The notes below the pieces were generated by a model, which saw only the letters and a program-made list of their open reading frames with translations, was not told where the DNA came from and did no database searches. 64,000 nucleotides of DNA from Thalia democratica (taxonomy: Eukaryota), in the NCBI GenBank assembly GCA_965202585.1, contig OZ241829.1:72726001-72790000 (forward strand). The letters run 5' to 3'. Each line of letters begins with the position of its first letter. Position 1 is the stretch's first letter. Position numbers and translations under genes: made by a program. Shown piece after piece: positions 60,735 to 64,000 of this stretch.

Positions 60735-63457
60735 TACTATACTGTTGGCTTTAGCACTTATTACATTCCCAAAATTCCAGTTAAATTTAAAGTATTATAA
60801 AATATAAAGATGTTAAAAAATAAGTAACCAGATGAAGGTTGATCTAAAAAACTTAGCTATTGTTACAATAAACCTTTTTACATTAAATAGGCGAATAAAT
60901 CGTTACGTTTTTCAAATGATTATTATGCTTGACAAGTCTTCTTAAAAATCCTTTACGCCTAAATAATAAAATATTCTTTTCAAAATAATTTATTATTTAT
61001 TATTTTAATTTATAAGAACTACATGATTTTAAATTACTACTTGTATAAGAAAAATTATTTCATTAATCCTTTAAAAAATATTTTATGAATAAAAAACCAA
61101 ATGTTTGTTTTCGCAACTTTATGCATAAAGCTCAGTTCTTACTCAATAAAGAAATATTTTAAAATTTGTCTTTATACTTACAATTTATACTAACAATTAC
61201 AACCACGTACTTTAATCTTAAATTGATGAATTAAACGTATGGATGTTATTTAACTAGGTTTCTATATAAATCTGAAGGTAATGTTTAATGAAAAAAAAAA
61301 ACAAAAAAATAGCTATATTTTGCTTAACACTTTTTATTATCTACATTTGTTAAAACAGAAAAAAATATCCTTGAAAATAGTTTTTCTAATTTTTAAAACA
61401 GTTAATTTATTTATGTTTTCGTCAAAACTTTTCACTATATAACACTAATAAAGAGTTTTTCAAATTAATTATAAATAACAAAACCGAAACAGTTAAGATC
61501 TTATAAATATAATAAAATATATGAAGGAGTTTATAAATCAAAATACATGTTTTTTTTACAAATTTTAAATTCTATAACAAAATTAGTAGCAACATCGGTC
61601 AGTTTTGGATTAAGTTACTCAAAAGTAAAAGTAAATGTTGTTATATAATAAGAGAGAAAAAGAAAATAACACTCAAAAAATAATAAAAAATCACAAACAT
61701 ATTACTATCAAAAAAAAAATTATGTTCAGTTTCTGAACGAAATTGACAAAAAATTTATAAAGCTATGGATTAAGACTGAAGAATGCTAAATAAAGTATTT
61801 AAGCTTTTAGAGAAAAATTTTTAACTTAAAATAAACTGTAGAACTATTTTTTAAAATTCAATGGATTTGATAAAATAATTATCTATATCTAAACGTTTTA
61901 AAACTAGGAATCACACCTCAACAGTTTTGTTAAACTGCAGTTTATCATAAAAAACACGACTAAGTTTGAGTAGTTTTGGACAACTATTGCCGTAATCGTA
62001 AACAGTTATGAAAAAATAAAAACAATTACAAATGATACTTAAGCAAATATTGATTAGTTTGTGTACTATGATTATCAATCCTTACAAGTTTTCTAATTAA
62101 AGTTCATAAATATTTTTCTAGCTCTTTTTTATTTTTAAGTTTAAGTTTGTTGTTCAGAACGTAATGGTATTTTGTACCTTTATTTTTTTTTTATATTCTT
62201 TAAGTTCAAATTTTCTGTAAGTGATTCAATTTGTTGGTTATAAGAGTTAAGAATTTATATATTATAACTTTATGTATTACAATTACAAAATTAAGAAAAT
62301 TAAGATATTTCTTATACTTTAATATATGGCCTCTCTGGTAGTTTTTATTTTTAATTTACTTGAAACATTATCAGTTTATAAGTTTCAATAAATATTGAAC
62401 AAGAAACTGCAAGTTGTGATCGTAATACAACGTTATAATTATAATAACATTTTTAAAGCATAAAATTTTTCGGTACTTTTAACCAATATTTTTCAAAAAT
62501 GGTTCAATTGTTGAGATAGAGTTTCATAGTTTAAATTATTTCATTGATTTTTTATCTAATTAACCGATTAAATCAAAACATTTTAACACTTGTACTAGTA
62601 TTCAAACTCTTTAATCTGACTTATAACCTAAAAAATAAAAAAGATAATTAAACTGATATTTAATGTTTGCTGATCATTTACTTATGACAATGTTTTTTTT
62701 AGTATTTCATTTATTATCAAACCCTACATTACTTTTTATCTACGATACTTTTAATTATATAATTTACTTAAAATATGAACTTTTTTTTACAAAACAGCTT
62801 AACAAATTACATTGTAAATAAAAAATCAAAGTTCCATTGTAGTTTAAAAAAAAATTATAATTATTTTGAAGTGTTTTAAACAATTTCATAGACAGACTTA
62901 TCTGATTAATTTTAAATACATACAGAACTGAAATAATAGTATATGCTTCAAACTGTTATAAATTTTATTGAGACTAACTATGTGTTCATAGAACGTATTT
63001 GCTGATTTTAACTAACATTTTACTACTTTTCCGTATTAAAATTATTTTTGAACTATATTTAGTGGCCTTCCCCGAGAAAAGAAAAAAAAAACAGATTTAG
63101 TTTAAGTATTTAACAATGCCTTGAAAACTTTGGTAGATGTTTAAAACTTTTCATTTATTTTAATAAATGGTATTAGATTTATTCATTTTACATTTAATTA
63201 TAAATACTTGTACAAAATACTTTTGTTATAAACGTTCTACAAATTCGTATCACTTATGAAAAGAACTAATGCTTCAAAGTTAATTTCTTTATTAGATAAC
63301 CTATAAACTTATAAAGTTTTATTCAATAAACGATATTTACTGATTTGTAACTAGTCTTTACAACAGTATTCACTAACATGTTTTTAAATCTTATTTACTC
63401 ATAACCTTTTCATTAAGGTTTAAAATTACAAGAAAGTACTTTATTAAAACAGGTAAA

Positions 63458-64000
63458 ATGATAAAACTTCGATTGAGTATTGATGTAAGTTTGAGCAAAG
63501 TTATTCTTGGTGTAGCCGGTATATCTGCTACAATTTGTGCATTTCAATACTTTACTTCGAAGAAAACAAAACTAAAATGCTCTTCAAACACTGATTTTGT
63601 ACAAAATGAAATGGAATCACAGAAAGCCAACAAAGTGGCGATTTTTATTTCAACAAAACCTTACGTTAAGCCCAAAATCACTAAAATCACATCATCTAAA
63701 GACGAGCTGGAAAACAAAAAAGTTGAAAAGAATTTACTTGCTTACAAAAGTAAAGGTGTCAGTCAAGTTGAAGAAGTCGTTAAAAATCCGTCAGTTAGCA
63801 AAAGTAAGCCCAAACTATACTGTGAAGAGTTAGTATCGAAAACCGATCCGAAACATGAAAGGAAATTACCAAAAACTAAATCAAACAGTGAAAAGTCTAT
63901 CATAAAAACTTCTCTTAACTGTGATAAGTCAACCTCAAAAAACGAACAACACTGTGAAAAATTAACCTCAAAAATCGACTCAAAATGTGAAAAGTCAATC
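63458..64000 (+). CDS. Array copy D3, 5' part (181 open codons, runs off the window)
   Basis: Manual translation from ATG 63458 is open to 64000 and matches D1/D2. It is missing from the ORF track because no stop is reached. Confidence 0.85.
   Translation, partial: MIKLRLSIDVSLSKVILGVAGISATICAFQYFTSKKTKLKCSSNTDFVQNEMESQKANKVAIFISTKPYVKPKITKITSSKDELENKKVEKNLLAYKSKGVSQVEEVVKNPSVSKSKPKLYCEELVSKTDPKHERKLPKTKSNSEKSIIKTSLNCDKSTSKNEQHCEKLTSKIDSKCEKSI

Larger units (their letters stand above)
50000..64000 (+). repeat. Segmental duplicate of ~2200-15050 (A tail - B - C - D block)
   Basis: Continuous colinearity of genes and spacers, interrupted only by copy-specific hAT insertions. Confidence 0.92.

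Noticed and set aside
1-64000. Prokaryotic, organellar or giant-virus origin of the intron-free ORFs
   Set aside because: Low coding density, multi-kb spacers, AATAAA signals, splice-acceptor-like sites and hAT MITEs all indicate nuclear eukaryotic DNA.

Overview
Very AT-rich (about 78-80% by eye) eukaryotic DNA with low coding density. Composition and hAT-type MITE content suggest an invertebrate such as Hydra, but this is not provable from the window. The window is dominated by a same-strand tandem array of one unrecognised gene family with an uninterrupted CDS: 11 copies with a start (ATG at 1649, 6318, 9801, 14495, 22844, 27773, 36135, 46479, 54191, 57628, 63458) plus a 3'-end remnant at 49906-49995. 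Each copy has (i) a near-invariant ~40-codon leader, MIKLRLSFDVSLSKVILGVAGISATICAFQYF followed by basic residues, resembling a signal-anchor; (ii) a length-variable middle built from 11-aa (xxNCEKSISKT) and 49-aa repeats; and (iii) a ~220-aa predicted helical C-terminal domain with motifs LRNDL, KVWKKA, IxFMLEY and YKxLVE. The copies fall into types A-E, arranged as repeated A-B-C-D blocks. Three are intact (6318, 22844, 27773), two carry a single in-frame TAA (14495, 46479), one runs off the window (63458), and five are frameshifted or deleted. Other content: four hAT-type elements with TIRs and 8-bp TSDs (one perfect, three imperfect), further hAT fragments, a decayed intronless Y-box/cold-shock-domain gene, a 15-bp minisatellite, a cluster of TGACGTCA (CRE) sites and several perfect palindromes or hairpins. 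No rRNA, tRNA or CRISPR array was seen. Identities and counts are by-eye alignments.
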